Assembly: GCA_951406725.2 (NCBI GenBank)
Contig: OX597817.1
Span: 16,740,001-16,804,000 of the forward strand
DNA from: Octopus vulgaris
Taxonomy: Eukaryota
Direction of reading: 5' to 3'
Length of the DNA stretch: 64,000 nucleotides
A model generated the notes under the pieces. That model had not been told where the DNA came from. It ran no database searches and saw only the letters and a program-made list of their open reading frames with translations. The translations under genes and the position numbers were made by a program. Positions 1 through 13,306 of this stretch are shown here, piece by piece (position 1 is the first letter of the stretch; each line of letters begins with the position of its first letter).

Positions 1-102
1 AGGGTCGTGGCACCTTGGGCAAGTGTTTTGTACTATAGCCTCAGGACTGTCCCAAAGCCTGGTGAGTGGATTTGGTAGACAGAAACCGAAAGAAGCCAGT
101 CG

Positions 103-179
<77 letters not shown>

Positions 180-437
180 TGTGTGTATGTGTGTATATGT
201 CTGTGTATGAATTTGTGTGTCTGTATTTGTCCCCCCAACATCGCTTGACAATCGATGGTTGTGTGTTTACGTCCCCGTTACTTAGCGGTTCGGCAAAAGA
301 GCTACCGAGGTCGAATCTGCCTTTCATCCTTCAGAGTCGATAACAAAGAATAAGTCCCGGGGTCGATTTGCTCGACTAAAGGCGGTGTTCCAGCATGGCC
401 ACAGTCAAATGACTGAAACAAGTAAAAGAGTAAAAGA
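1..437 (+). mobile_element. SINE family A, 5'-truncated by window edge; internal (AT)n(GT)n
   Basis: Matches full copies at 11508 and 33828; tail ggcggtgttccagcatggccacagtcaaatgactgaaacaagtaaaagag. Bases 301-343 are replaced by sequence nearly identical to 1298-1340. Confidence 0.9.
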
Positions 438-677
438 GATAGTTCTTGATATTTAGGCAATGAAACTAAGGGTGCCGTCAAAAATGTTTAGCAACATTTC
501 GTCCTTCTTCATGTTTTGAGTTCAAGTTCCATTGAGGTCGACTTTACCTTTCATCCTTCAGGGTTGATAAAATAAATACCAGTTAATCACTGGGGGGTCT
601 ATGTAAACGACTTACCCATCCCCCGACGTTGTTGACCTTGTGCCAAAACTTGTAACCAATATTTAGGCAATGTGTTA

Positions 678-914
678 AGCGGTGAGCTAGCAGAATCGTT
701 AGCACGTCGGGCTAAATGCTTAGCGGTATTTCGTCTGCCGCTACGTTCTGAGTTCAAATTCCACGCTGAGGTCGACTTTGCCTTTCATCCTTTCGAGGTC
801 GATTAAATAAGTACCAGTTACGCACTGGGGTCGATATAATCGACTAAATCCGTTTGTCTGTCCTTGTTTGTCCTCTCTGCGTTTAGCCCCTTGTGGGTAG
901 TTAAGAAATAGGTA
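678..914 (+). mobile_element. SINE family B
   Basis: Head gcggtgagctagcagaatcgttagcacg, core gaggtcgactttgcctttcatcctttcgaggtcgattaaataagtaccag, tail tttagccccttgtgggtagttaagaaatagg; many copies in window, degenerate neighbours at about 470-660, 1005-1110, 1240-1420, 1775-1990. Confidence 0.9.
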
Positions 915-2364
915 TGGGTTGGCAAAATAGTAAACGCATCAAGTAAAATGTTTTGCAGTACATGTCACCAAACCATATCCGATCGCGAGTGACGCTTGGT
1001 TGTACTGGGTCGATAAAATAAGGACCAGTTGATTACTGGGGTCGATGTAATCGATTTAGCCCTTATCCTGAAATTTCTGCCCTTTTACCAAAATTTGACA
1101 CCGATATTTAGGCAATGAATGTAAACGCATGCGCAGTAATAGCCTATTGAGAAAACAGCTGAACATCTTGTACATGCATTGATGCAATTGTTAACGCTTT
1201 CTATTGCTACAAACATATAGTAGGGTGACATAATCCTTAACACAACGAACAAAATGCTTAGCAGCATTTCTTCCGGCTTTACGTTTTGAGTTCAAATGCT
1301 ACCGAGGTCGAATCTGCCTTTTATCCTTCAGAGTCGATAAAATAAGAACCAGTTAAGTACAGGAGTCGATGTAATGGATTTCCTTCTATCAAAATTGTTG
1401 GCCTTGTGCCAAAAGAATTAGAAATATTGATTTCACATTTTGGCACAAGACCATTTCAGGAGAACTGGGGTCGATGCAATCGACTAATCCCACCCCAGAA
1501 ATTGCTGACCTTGTGCCAAAATTTATAGCTTTATCTGTTGCTTTGAGAGCCGCCGTTCCAAGAAAAGATTTATTCATGACCTTGGCGAAATTTGAACTCA
1601 GAACATAAAGACGGATAAAATGCCGCTAAGTATTTTGCCCGGTGTTAACGATTCTACCAGCTCAGAAATAGCATGAACATACAATACATATAGCTACAGT
1701 ATCGTATCCTCCTCCTCCCTCCAAAATTGCCGGCCTTGTGTCTAGATCAGAAACTGTCATTACGAACATACAAAAAGGCGACGAGCTAGAAGAAGCGATA
1801 GAGCGTCACAAAAGAAAAAGGGAAAAGGCTTGCGGTATTTGTTCCAGCTCTCTCATTTCAGATCCTGCCTAAGTCAGTTTTGGCTTTCATCCCGCTGGGA
1901 TCGATATAATAAAGTACCAGTCAAGTACTGAAATAGATTTTATAGACGACTTCCCTATACCTCAAACATCCTGGTTTTGAGTCTAAATCAGGAATCGTTG
2001 TTAAAAAATAAAAAAAAATGATGGGTTGGCAAAATAGTAAACGCATCAAGTAAAATGTTTTGCAGTACATGTCACCAAACCATATCCGATCGCGAGTGAC
2101 GCTTGGTTGTACTGTACTGTACGAACTTGTACTGTTTGCCTTGCGTAATGGGTAACAAATCGTCGTTTATTCATTTATTTTGTTGATGTCATAAAATATA
2201 GAAATCAATGTGAAATGATGTTTTTTGGGAACTGTGGCTCTCGAAGCAGCAGACAAAGCTATAGAAAAAGTCGAAGGCCGTCCGTGGAACCAAGGGACAG
2301 CTTTCCACTTCTTCTGTCCAAAGAGGTTTTAGCCAAATATTTTACACGCTGTTATTTATAGTTT

Positions 2365-2662
2365 TATCGTTAGCACACCGGACAAGATGCTTCGCCGCAT
2401 TTTGTCCGCCTTTACGTTCTGAGTTTAAATTCCTTCGTGGTCGACTTTGCCTTTAATCCTTTTGGAGTCGATAAAATATGTACCAGTTACGCACTGGGGT
2501 CGATATAATCGACTTAATCCGCGTGTCTGTCCTTGTTTGTCCTCACTGTGTTTAGCCCCTTGTGGGTAGTAAAGAAATAGATAAAATATGTACCAATTGA
2601 GCACTGGGGTCGATGCAATCGACTAATCCCACCCCAGAAATTGCTGACCTTGTGCCAAAATT
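2365..2662 (+). mobile_element. SINE family B
   Basis: Same head remnant, core and tail as 678-914. Confidence 0.8.
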
Positions 2663-2750
2663 TATAGCTTTATCTGTTGCTTTGAGAGCCGCCGTTCCAA
2701 GAAAAGATTTATTCATTACTTAATCTAATTATTTATTTATTCGTTTGTAG

Positions 2751-2977
2751 TTCTGATCAGGTCTTCCCTAAGTCAGTTCGTGTGTCCGGAAATGTTTGGA
2801 ATGTTTCAGCATCCGGACAACTGTGATCGTTGATTGATACTATGGTTTAAACCTCTCCCAGGTCTACCTCTGATCAACGTACCTGTCCAACCGGTCTTCT
2901 GTTTGATATCAACCTTGGAGTTTGCCGGCATTCCGTACAGGTGCACTGCTTTAACGAGACTCATCAACTCACAGCAG
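2751..2977 (+). CDS. Internal exon of chitin-binding type-2 (CBM14/peritrophin-A) protein; disrupted centrally in this sequence
   Basis: Acceptor tcgtttgtag at 2741-2750, donor G|gtaag at 2977/2978, phase 1 at both ends. Reads xLIRSSLSQFVCPEMFGMFQHPDNCDR, TGA at 2831, then in a shifted frame QRTCPTGLLFDINLGVCRHSVQVHCFNETHQLTA. Five of six CBM14 cysteines and the CPxGLxFD motif are present. Confidence 0.8.
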
Positions 2978-3152
2978 GTAAGCTTGTTTTGTTAGTTTTA
3001 AAAGAGTGGAAGTGAGAAGATGGGAGGGAGAGTGAGAGAGAATGATATGTGGTTGAGAGAGAGAGAGGGAAGAGTGTGATTTAGAGGGAGAAAGAGCGAA
3101 AAGGAGAGTTTGAGTGGAAGGAAGAGAGAGCGTGACGAAGTGTATGATTTGG

Positions 3153-3208
<56 letters not shown>

Positions 3209-3376
3209 GGGGAGTGAGATGGTGAGGAAGGGAGGGAGGGAGGTGGAAGGGGAATGGGTAATTCATAGACAGTAATATTAGTATCAACCGAAATCCTAGC
3301 TACTCAGTAAGGTGTAGTTATATCATTCTGTAGGTCCACCATCGAACGCTTTGCCTTTATGTGATGTGTCGAGGGT

Positions 3377-3673
3377 TCCTTCTCGAGCCATGCCTGGCTC
3401 ATATGGGCCGGTTTCCCGGTTTCTTGGCGTATAGGTTCCCCACCTGGACGGGACGCCGGTCCGTCGCAGGTGAGCTGCAAGATGCAGGAGGAAAGAGTGA
3501 GAGAAAGTTGTGGCGAAAGAGTCAGCAGAAGTTTCGCCATTACCTTCTGCCGGAGCCGCATAGAGGTTAGATGTTTTCGCTCATAAACACACACATCGCC
3601 CGGTCTGTGATTCGAACCCGCGATCCCTCGACCGCGAGTCCGCTGCTCTAACCACTAGGCCATGTGCCTCCAC
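3377..3673 (-). mobile_element. tRNA-derived SINE (head C, tail D) with target-site duplication
   Basis: Minus-strand head with box A tggcctagtggtt and box B ggttcgaatc; 12-bp direct repeat tgtgtcgagggt at 3365-3376 and 3675-3686. Confidence 0.88.
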
Positions 3674-4229
3674 TTGTGTCGAGGGTGCATGCTATGCAAC
3701 TCCATTTCTTAGCTTCTTCCCAGGATATTGATTATGGTAGGAAATCGCAAGAAAGGAGAGACGTGTGGTGGAATGACTCGGCTAGATATCGAACCATGAC
3801 ACAGACTGTTGACCGTGGGCATGAAATCACTCTGTAGGAGTCCCACAGACAGACACGTTGGTAGATAGATAGGGAGAGAGAAAGGAAAAATGCTCAAGGA
3901 TATAAATGAATAACTGACCATTGATTTCCTTTAAAAATGTTAAGCAAGTTCGATCAAGTATTTCAGTAGTTGGAATACTTTACTGGCTTATCAGTGAACC
4001 TCTCCCAGGTCTAAACCGCACCAAGTAAATGTTGTTTTATAACTATTGCCGTCACTAGCAAGCAAATATGACTTAGCTGCGTGCACATGCTCTCGTCATT
4101 CTTAAGACGGTGAAGTGTGATTTGAAGGAAGCCTTGGCTACTATTTGTAGCAGGTCAAGCAGCCATGAAGATGATATTTTGCTGACACATGATCATAAGT
4201 TTACGCAGAAAGAGAAAGATAGATAATAT

Positions 4230-4360
<131 letters not shown>

Positions 4361-4545
4361 CTAAGATTTGCTAAGATTTGGCTGATAATCTTTTTCAGCT
4401 AAGTAGACTGGGGCAATGTAAAATCCGTTCTACAATAGACGTAAGAGCCTGAAAAGATGAAAGGCAAAGTCGACCCCGGCGGGATTTGAACTCAGGACGT
4501 AAACACGGTCGAAATGACATGGAGCATTTTGTATGCTTTGCTGCA

Positions 4546-5010
4546 TCTCTCTCTATATAAATGGCAGTTTGTCTGTCTGTGTGTCTGTGTGTCTGTCAGG
4601 TTGTACCCTCACCCTGACCACGGCTTTCAACCGATTCTGATGAAACTTGACACACACATAGCCCAATGTCATAATTCAAAACTAACGCAGCGAAAATTTT
4701 GAAAAGTTCCCCCAGTTCTGAAAAAATCGATAAATTCGACATGGGGTCGAGAATCTAAGCTTTTTATATGAAACACATTTTCTGGGCTGTACGTGGGCTG
4801 TTTACGCGTTGGGAGGCGCAATGATGTTTTCATGTTTTCGCCCAAAGGGACAGCTAGGAACATCGTATACACAGAAGTATTCGAGTGAAGAGAAGACATT
4901 GCAACCTACACATGCGCCTTCGTTCCCTAGAGGGAAAGGACTAGATTGGGATTAGTCGTTGCCTACTTGGGGCTCTTACATACCCGGGCAACGCCGGGCT
5001 ATGCTGCTAG
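4546..5010 (+). mobile_element. Non-autonomous Helitron
   Basis: Starts A|TC, ends CTAG|T, subterminal hairpin cccgggcaacgccggg, (gtct)n near 5' end, no TSD. Confidence 0.8.
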
Positions 5011-6142
5011 TTTTGTATAAGATCAAAGTTTAGTGTTGTAAGCCAGAATGTACAAAGATATTGAAGGAGGAACTTCGATCAGAGGAGGATGTTATGAAAG
5101 AAAAATCTTGAGATGTATTCTCGGCGACTCATAGAATGTTCTTATATCTGTCTAAAATTTGGGTCACATCAATAGTTGGGCGTAAGCTTTAAGGTATCGT
5201 GGTTGATACTAAAGTATAATTCATACTTTTCTGGGTATGAGCGGATGTGGGTTGAAATGTGAGATCAGCGACCATTGATTTCCTTTAAAAATGTTAAGCA
5301 ATTCGAGCTCAAGTATTCCAGTAGTTTTGGAATACTTTACTGTGTTGCTTATCAGTGATATGTTTCCGTGTAAACCGCACCAAGTAAATGTTGTTTTATA
5401 ACTATTGCCGTCACTAGCAAGCAAATATGACTTAGCTGCGTGCACATGCTCTCGTCATTCTTCTAGGTACCTATATAGTTGGGAGCAGATAGGGACATAA
5501 TTTCAGTCCTCCCACTCTTGACCCAATGAAACATCGAGGATGTCACGGCAGGAAAGAGAGAAGGAGAGAGGGAGGGAGAGAGAGAGGGAGAGAGAGGGAG
5601 AGAGGGAGAGAGAGAAGGAGAGAGAGAGAAGGAGAGAGAGAGGGAGAGAGAGAAGGAGAAGAGAAGAAGAGAGAAGGAGAGAGAGAAGGAGAGAGAGAAG
5701 GAGAGAGAGAGAGAGAAGGAGAGATTTGCTAAGATTTGCTAAGATTTGGCTGATAATCTTTTTCAGCTAAGTAGACTGGGGCAATGTAAAATCCGTTCTA
5801 CAATAGACGTAAGAGCCTGAAAAGATGAAAGGCAAAGTCGACCCCGGCGGGATTTGAACTCAGGACGTAAACACGGTCGAAATGACATGGAGCATTTTGT
5901 CCGGAATGCTTACAATTCTGCCAGCTTGCTGCCTTTGGAGCAATGTAAAATGAAGTGCCTTGTCTGAAATAGGTCACAAGAAATAGGTATTCTCGTCTGA
6001 AATAGGTAACCAGCGACCTCACTTACGATCATGATTCCAATATCCTAACCATTAGGCCAGCAGTATTCATAATTTAATAGGTATTATTCCCCCATTAAAT
6101 CCACCGTGCAAGTTCATATTCAACAATAATTAATAGAACTAA

Positions 6143-6372
6143 AGGCGGCGAGCTGGCAGAATCGTTAGCACGCCGGGCGAAATGCTTATCGGTATTTCGT
6201 CTGCCGCTGCGTTCTGAGTTCAAATTCTGCCGAGGTCGACTTTGTCTTTCATCCTTTCAGGGTCGATAAACTAAGTACCAATTACGCACTGGGGTCGATG
6301 TAATCGACTTAATCCGTTTGTCTGTCATTGTTTGTCCTCTCTGTGTTTAGCCCATTGTGGGTAGTAAAGAAA
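6143..6372 (+). mobile_element. SINE family B, full length
   Basis: Complete head/core/tail; flanked by direct repeat aataattaatagaacta (about 6125-6141 and 6375-6391). Confidence 0.9.
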
Positions 6373-6816
6373 GAAATAATTAATAGAACTATATATTTTT
6401 CCTTTTTTTCATTGAGATATACGGTAGATTTATAACGGTGATGCTGTGAAAAACATGTAACAGCGAAACTATGTTTTCCCTCGGTGGAGTGATCATAAAA
6501 CGAAAATCTATCTCACTACTTTCAGCATTTTTTATCGCTTTGTTTGAGGTCAGCAACTCATTTTCCCGATCACTGACAGAATATCTTCTTTCAGTTTCCG
6601 CCTACCAAATCCACTCACAAAGCTTTGGTCGGCTTGAGGCTACAGGAGAAAACACTTGCCACGCAGTGCGACTGAAGCCAGAGCCATGTGATTGGGAAGG
6701 AAACTTCTTACCACACAGCCACCCCTGCTCCTTTGAACTCCAAAACAAAGAGCCGGAAGAAATGTCGCTAAGCATTTTTTTCGCCGTGCTAATGAAACTA
6801 TGTTATAACTACAGAA

Positions 6817-7243
6817 GTCGGCGAGCTGGCAGAATCGTTAGCACGCCAGGCTAAATGCTTAGCAGTGTTTCGTCTGCCGCTACGTTCTGAGTTCAAATTC
6901 CGCCGAGGTCGACTTTGCCTTTCATCCTTTCGGGGTTGATAAATTAAATACCAATTACGCACTGGGGTCTATGTAATCGACTTAATCCGTTTGTCCGTCC
7001 TTGTTTGTCCCTTCTGTGTATTCTCGGCGACTCATAGAATGTTCCTTGTGGGCAGTAAAGAAATAGGTATTTCGTCTGCCGTTACGTTCTGAGTTCAAAT
7101 TCTGCCAAGGTCGACTTTGTCTTTCATCCTTTCAGGGTCGATAAACTAAGTACCAGTTACGCACTGGGGTCGATGTAATCGACTTAATCCGTTTGTCTGT
7201 CCTTGTTTGTCCCCTCTATGTTTAGCCCCTTGTGGGTAATAAA
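6817..7243 (+). mobile_element. SINE family B with tandemly repeated body
   Basis: One head and two bodies joined at aaagaaatag|gtatttcgtc; flanked by repeat tgaaactatgttataactacagaa (about 6793-6816 and 7253-7276). Confidence 0.88.
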
Positions 7244-7999
7244 AAAAAAAAGTGAAACTATGTTATAACTACAGAAAAAATGAGTAGCAGACATCAGATG
7301 AAGAAGTAAAGTGCTGAAAATGGTCAGAATGTTCTTTTTTGGGTCGCAGAGTAAAATTGGAACATTGTTTAACCATAGTACTTACTCTTCAGCGCGAAAC
7401 TTAAAATGTGAGTTTATTAAATACACACAGCTGTAAGTTATCTTCCATTTCTGTTTACACTTTCAGAAGTACTAAAATTTGGGTTTCGAGTATCTGAGGT
7501 TCATCGTAGGATATCTCTCTCGAGCTAATGGAAATCTGGTAAAGCAAATTCTTCCACCTACCCCCGGGCAAACTTGATACATTTAGATTATTTTCCTGTA
7601 GACTGCAACCTAAAGCGATGCAATTAAGTACATCGTATATTCTAAATTAAGAAGAGGAAATACATCAACATTCTTCCTTAGAATTCATTGAATTTTGAGT
7701 TTTTCTATTGCAGAATTTGGACGGCTTGTTTCTAATTGCAAGTTCTTGTTCTCTGTGAAAAAGATTTTGTACTTAACTTTGTCAAGGTTTCAGGACATGA
7801 TATCTCGCTTCTCTTCAGCACCGAACTCGTAGTCGTCTTTGCGGTTTAGCCCCAGTCCGCCCAGACATAGTACGGTGAAAACTACACTATACAATAGGTC
7901 CTTCCATTTAAGATACAGTAGGTGGTGATTTTTGGAAAATTTCGCTGTTATTTCTGACTGGTCGAGCGACTACTAGGGGCTCTGTCGTTAATTCATGAC

Positions 8000-8170
8000 G
8001 TGGTAAGTAGCTTGTTTACCAACCACATGGTTCCGGGTTCAGTCCCACTGCGTGGCACCTTGGACAAGTGTCTTCTACTATAGCTTCGGGCTGACCAAAG
8101 CCTTGTGAGTTGATTTGGTAGACGGAAACTGAAAGAAGCCCGTCGTATATATGTATATATATATGCGTGT

Positions 8171-8217
<47 letters not shown>

Positions 8218-8428
8218 TGTGTCTGTATTTGTCCCCCTAGCATTGCTTGACAACCGATGCTGGTGTGTTTATGTCCCCGTTACTTAGCGGTTCGGTAAAA
8301 GGTACCGATAAAATAAGTACTGGGCTTACAAAAGAATAAGTCCCGGGGTCGAGTTGCTCGATTAAAGGCGGTGCTCCAGCATGGCCGCAGTCAAATGACT
8401 GAAACAAGTAAAAGAGAGTAAAAGAGAG
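8000..8428 (+). mobile_element. SINE family A
   Basis: gtggtaagtagc...gggttcagtccc head, internal (AT)/(GT) tract, family tail. Confidence 0.92.
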
Positions 8429-8769
8429 TATTAGTTTATCGAGAAAGTATATCTCATATATTGACTGTATATATACAGAGAGAAGATGCAGGAGTGAATT
8501 TTCCAGAAACCTCCTTTTTTTAAATAGGACATGATCTCCAAGTATGTTCATAACTGTGTTTTCAAAGCCTCTTGTGCAGCAGTGAGGTTCGGAATAGCTA
8601 TTTCAAGCGGCGGGTAATTCAGAATTTGAAAAAAAAAAAAAAAAAAAAAGGCTGCCGGGCTATTATTTCTGTTGAAAAGTTATCTTTCAAGGTTTTGAAA
8701 CTGAATTTTATTTTAATAATAAATTTCTACTTGCTCGTATAAGGATGATGATGATATATGACGATAATG

Positions 8770-8773
<4 letters not shown>

Positions 8774-8802
<29 letters not shown>

Positions 8803-8910
8803 TGTATGTATGTATGTATGTATGTATGTATGTATGTATGTATGTATGTATGTATGTATGTATGTATAGAGAGAGAGAGAAAGATAGATATATAGAAGGA
8901 TACACGTGTG

Positions 8911-9006
<96 letters not shown>

Positions 9007-9019
9007 ATATATATATATG

Positions 9020-9077
<58 letters not shown>

Positions 9078-9110
9078 AAGATAAATATATAGGATACATG
9101 TGTGCATATA

Positions 9111-9175
<65 letters not shown>

Positions 9176-9205
9176 AGAGAGAGAGAGAGAAATATATAGG
9201 ATACA

Positions 9206-9283
<78 letters not shown>

Positions 9284-9286
9284 TAT
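8774..9286. repeat. Compound (ATGT)n/(AG)n/(AT)n microsatellite with a higher-order unit
   Basis: A spacer resembling (ga)n-aaatatataggatacatgtgtgc recurs three times between (AT)n runs. Confidence 0.9.
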
Positions 9287-9690
9287 CAACGTGCACCTGT
9301 AAACTATTTCCGAGTGATATGCGCATTATCTTGCCTTCTTCCTCACACATATGGTTTAGTAACTTTCTCTTCATTGGAAAAACCAAACTTGGCCATTTTC
9401 CTTTCCTTTCCTTCGTTCTTAGCTTCTTTTAAATAAACGTAAACACTGCCAGGAAGCTTTTCCTATTATGTAACAATATCTAACCCACGTAAAAGAAACA
9501 TGGTCTTATCATTTCTAATTGCATATTCAACATCCTGTTTTGTGCTTGTTATGCATGCACGTTAGTCCGTTATTTGTAATGGAACCGTTCTACTTCAACA
9601 TTAGCATAATACATTCTTGAAATTCCTATAGATATCTAAAATGTCGTCGTCTATATATTTACTAATTCATTAATACTTAATACACAAATA

Positions 9691-10050
9691 AGGCGGTGAG
9701 CTGGAAGAATCGTTAGCACGCCGGGAAAAATGCTTAGCGGCGTTTCGTCTGTCTTTAAGTTCAGAGTTCAAATCCCGCCAAGGTCGACTTTGCCTTTCAT
9801 CCTTTCGGTGTCAATAAATTAAGTACTAGTTAAACACTGAGGTTGGTATAATCGTCTTGTGCCCGAAATTGCTGGTCTTGTGCCAAAACTTGAAACCATT
9901 ATTTCTGGGTTCAAATACTGCCGGGGTCGACTTTGCCTTTCATCCTTGCGGGGTCGACAAAATAAGTACCAGTTGAGTACTGGGGTCTATTTAATCGTCT
10001 TTGGCCTTTCCTCGAAGTTGTTAACCTTGTGCCAAAATTTTGAAACCAAT
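9691..10050 (+). mobile_element. SINE family B, older subfamily with duplicated core
   Basis: Head plus two cores ending ccttgtgccaaaa(c/t)ttgaaacc. Confidence 0.8.
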
Positions 10051-11189
10051 ATTTAATACATAATTAGGCTATGAACTGTGAGAGAAGAATTCTTGGAGAT
10101 GAATGGATAGGGAATGCTGGAAGGTTTTGAGAAGTCTTGATTGAGGTGTGTGGGTATTGGTTTTGATGTGTACCGTTGACTGAACTTAGTTCGAGCAGGA
10201 TCTTTCAACCATGAATTCTCTTGGATATACCACCGGGACTTTGTATAATGTCTTCTGTAGTTTGTTAGATGTACGGGAAGTTATTCCACCTTTCACAGCT
10301 ATAAAAGATTGAGAGACAGTTCCTTTTCTAAATAAGAATGCCAGACTTATTTATCTCTAGCGCGACGAGCCAACTAAAAATATCAACCAAATCTCCTGCA
10401 TAATAATAACACTCCATCGTACTAAAACGGAGAACGGCACATTGGCCAGTGTAGTCCTAGATACGCCTAAAAGTACGGGATTGACACAGTTGGAATGCCT
10501 TTCATAAAACGTTTGCACGATTAGGGCTGATTTGGAGTTATACAACAACAACCTTCTGAGTGAGTTGCATATCTTTTCATTTATATCTGAGAGGAGCGGA
10601 CTATAGGAAGTAATTGCACTTTTTGGGGCCAGGGAGATAAGGTGAAACGAACTCGGATAAGACGGTTTTCAACTTACTCGTAACCGAAACAGCTTTCTTT
10701 GTTTTGTTATAGATTAGTCAGAGAAAGGAGGGAAATACCTATGGCTACTGTAGGACCTTCGGGACTAATAAGGGGAGAGAGAGAGACTTCGAGTCATTGG
10801 TTGCTGCATTACGAAGCTGCATATCAACGGATGAAGTTATTCTCAGGCGAGAGACATAAAGTACCAGTCAAATACTAGGGTCGATATAATCGATATTCCC
10901 TCACCCCCTGCTTTTGGTACCATGCTCCTTTGCTGTGTGTTGTATGTATGTTGACATACACAATACTTTTCATTTCAAATTCTTCCAGTAAAGAATGAGT
11001 GGCTCTTTCACAAAGAAACAAAAGTCTATTATAGGAATTTAGATGATGACAACTCGCTAGAATTACATGTTTTGTATATTTTTAACGCTTCGCTTACAGA
11101 TTAAATTTGCAGAACTCGTATTAAGTGTCTCTTTTCTTTACACAAGAAGCCAGACTAATAAAGCTAGCTGCTTACTGTATTTACTGTTT

Positions 11190-11402
11190 AAGGCGACAAG
11201 CTAGCAGAATCGTTGCCGCGTAGGACAGCATGCTAAGCGGTATTTTTCCACGCTCTTTACGTTCAGAGTTCAATTATCGTCGAGGTGCAATTTGCCCTTC
11301 ATCCTTTTGGGGCTGATAAAATAACTACCTGTTGAACACTGGGAGTCGACGTAATCGACCTTCCCCCACCTCCCAAAATTGCTAACCTTGCAATAAAACT
11401 AG
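11190..11402 (+). mobile_element. SINE family B, diverged
   Basis: Head aaggcgacaagctagcagaatcg and diverged core. Confidence 0.75.
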
Positions 11403-11507
11403 AAAAGAATGTAAGCATTGTTTCTCTGCCTGCCATCTTTTCTTATTTATATATTTTATTTCTTCTTGAAATGCTGCTTATTCTCTAAATTAAATAAGTA
11501 TATAATA

Positions 11508-11910
11508 GGCGCAGGAGTGGCTGTGTGGTAAGTAGCTTGCTAACCAACCACATGGTTTCCGGGTTCAGTCCCACTACGTGGCATCTTGGGCAAGTGTCTT
11601 CTACTATAGCCTCGGGCCGACCAATGCCTTGTGAGTGGATTTGGTAGACGGAAACTGAAAGAAGCCTGTCGTATATATGTATATATAAATGTATGTGTGT
11701 GTGTTTGTGTGTCTGTGTTTGTCCCCCTAGCATTGCTTGACAACCGATGCTGGTGTGTTTACGTCCCCGTCACTTAGCGGTTCGGCAAAAAGAGACCGAT
11801 AGAATAAGTACTGGGCGTACAAAGAATAAGTCCCGGGGTCGATTTGCTCGACTAAAGGTGGTGCTCCAGCATGGCCGCAGTCAAATGACTGAAACAAGTA
11901 AAAGAAAAAG
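11508..11910 (+). mobile_element. SINE family A, full length
   Basis: ggcgcaggagtggctgtgtggtaag (box A) ... gggttcagtccc (box B), internal microsatellite, family tail. Confidence 0.93.
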
Positions 11911-12190
11911 AAAAAAAAAAGAAAATATTCGTATGCAGACATGTATGACCGCATGTATGTATGCATACATGCATTCATGCATGTGCATCTTTTATCCATT
12001 ACCTGTTTGAGTCATTGGACTGCGGCCATGACGGGACACCACTTTGAAGGGTTTAGTCGAACTAATCAACTCCAGTACTTACTTTTTAAGTTTGCTACAT
12101 ATTCTATCGGGAGCGTAAACAAACCAGCCCCAGTTGTCAGTCCGGGCGCGGGGTGGCAAACATGTATATATATATATATATATATATATA

Positions 12191-12403
12191 GGCGCAATGG
12201 CCCAGTGGTTAGGGCAGCAGACTTGGGGGCGGAGAATCGCGGTTTCGATTCCCAGACCGGGCGTTGTGTGTGTTTATTGAGCGAAAACACCTAAAAGCTC
12301 CACGAGGCTCCGGCAGGGGATGGTGGTGATCCCTGCTGTACTCTTTCACCACTCTAAAGGCGGTGCTCCAGCATGGCTGCAGTCAAATGACTGAAACAAG
12401 TAC
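12191..12403 (+). mobile_element. Chimeric SINE: head C fused to family A tail
   Basis: 12191-12354 matches the head of 38593-38985(-); 12355-12403 is the family A tail followed by poly(A). Confidence 0.8.
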
Positions 12404-12408
12404 AAAAA

Positions 12409-12439
<31 letters not shown>

Positions 12440-12499
12440 TATCGTATAAAGGATCGTGGGTAAGACCAGAACAATGCGAAGTAAAAGCAAGGCAAATCA

Positions 12500-13170
12500 C
12501 AAGAAAACAAATATATGAATTAATGTAGACTTACCTTGAATTCAATATTTCGGGTTATGACCCCATCCTCAGGAAATTAACGTTTGTTGCAGATGTGCCT
12601 GTGTGTGAGCGTGTATGGAGTGGACATACGCTGAAAGTTGTTGCTATAGCAAACAGCTAGCTTCCTGTAACTCTTCTGTTGTTGATGGTTGGTTTCCTTT
12701 GTTGTATGAGGATGGTCTCGGAGATTCTAAGGTTACCCTTGTTGTGCTGTGTTACTCTGATGTGCACTGTGAATTCCCGGGTTTGGCATTTCCGTAGATG
12801 TTTCTTCACTGAAGTGTCTGCCTGCGTATGTTCCTTTATGCGTATATGCAGTTTTTTTTGTTGTGCTTCTTATGTAGGATGCGCCACATTTGCCACAGAT
12901 GATCTCATATACAACATAGGTACTCTAGCACATTTCAGGGTCATTGATGGGGCAGTTCGATAATGTGCACTCCTCGGAGTAGTGAAAGGTGTTGTTCGTG
13001 GTCAGAGCTTTCCTCAGGTATGGGCCGGTGTGCTTTATCTGTATGTAGAGTCCTTCCCTGCGGACTGCATATTGTATATCGGGTTTGAGTCTAATAGAAA
13101 TATTTCTATCAGTATTTCTATCAGTATTAAAGGTACGATTACATTCTGTGTCTGGTGAGTTTTGGTGTGG
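12500..13170 (-). mobile_element. Penelope-like retroelement 3' fragment (decayed GIY-YIG endonuclease)
   Basis: Minus-strand translation CTLSNCPINDPEMC*STYVVYEIICGKCGASYIRSTTKK/LHIRIKEH...SVKKHLRKC...LRISETILIQQRKPTINNR fits PLE GIY-YIG; stop and frameshift present; hammerhead-like motif just downstream. Confidence 0.85.
12535..12580 (-). ncRNA. Minimal hammerhead-like motif of the Penelope fragment (weak stem I)
   Basis: Minus strand aatttc CTGAGGA t ggg gtcataa ccc GAAA tatt gaatt; palindromic AATATT at stem III. Confidence 0.55.
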
Positions 13171-13180
13171 CATATGTATG

Positions 13181-13214
<34 letters not shown>

Positions 13215-13306
13215 TGTATGTATGTATGTATGTATGTATGTATGTATGTATGTATGTATGTATGTATGTATGTATGTATGCATGCATGCATGTATGTATG
13301 TATGTA

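Noticed and set aside
2069-2151. Candidate first exon MSPNHIRSRVTLGCTVLYELVLFALRNG with gtaaca donor, in phase with an alternative acceptor at 2760
   Set aside because: The ATG lies in a degenerate SINE B head within the patchwork region; the hydrophobic core and donor are weak.
7993-8551. Recurrent ORFs MSSNARG..., MLGGQ..., ...FQSFDCGHAGAPP... resembling a gene family
   Set aside because: All are frames through SINE A copies, with inconsistent frames between copies.
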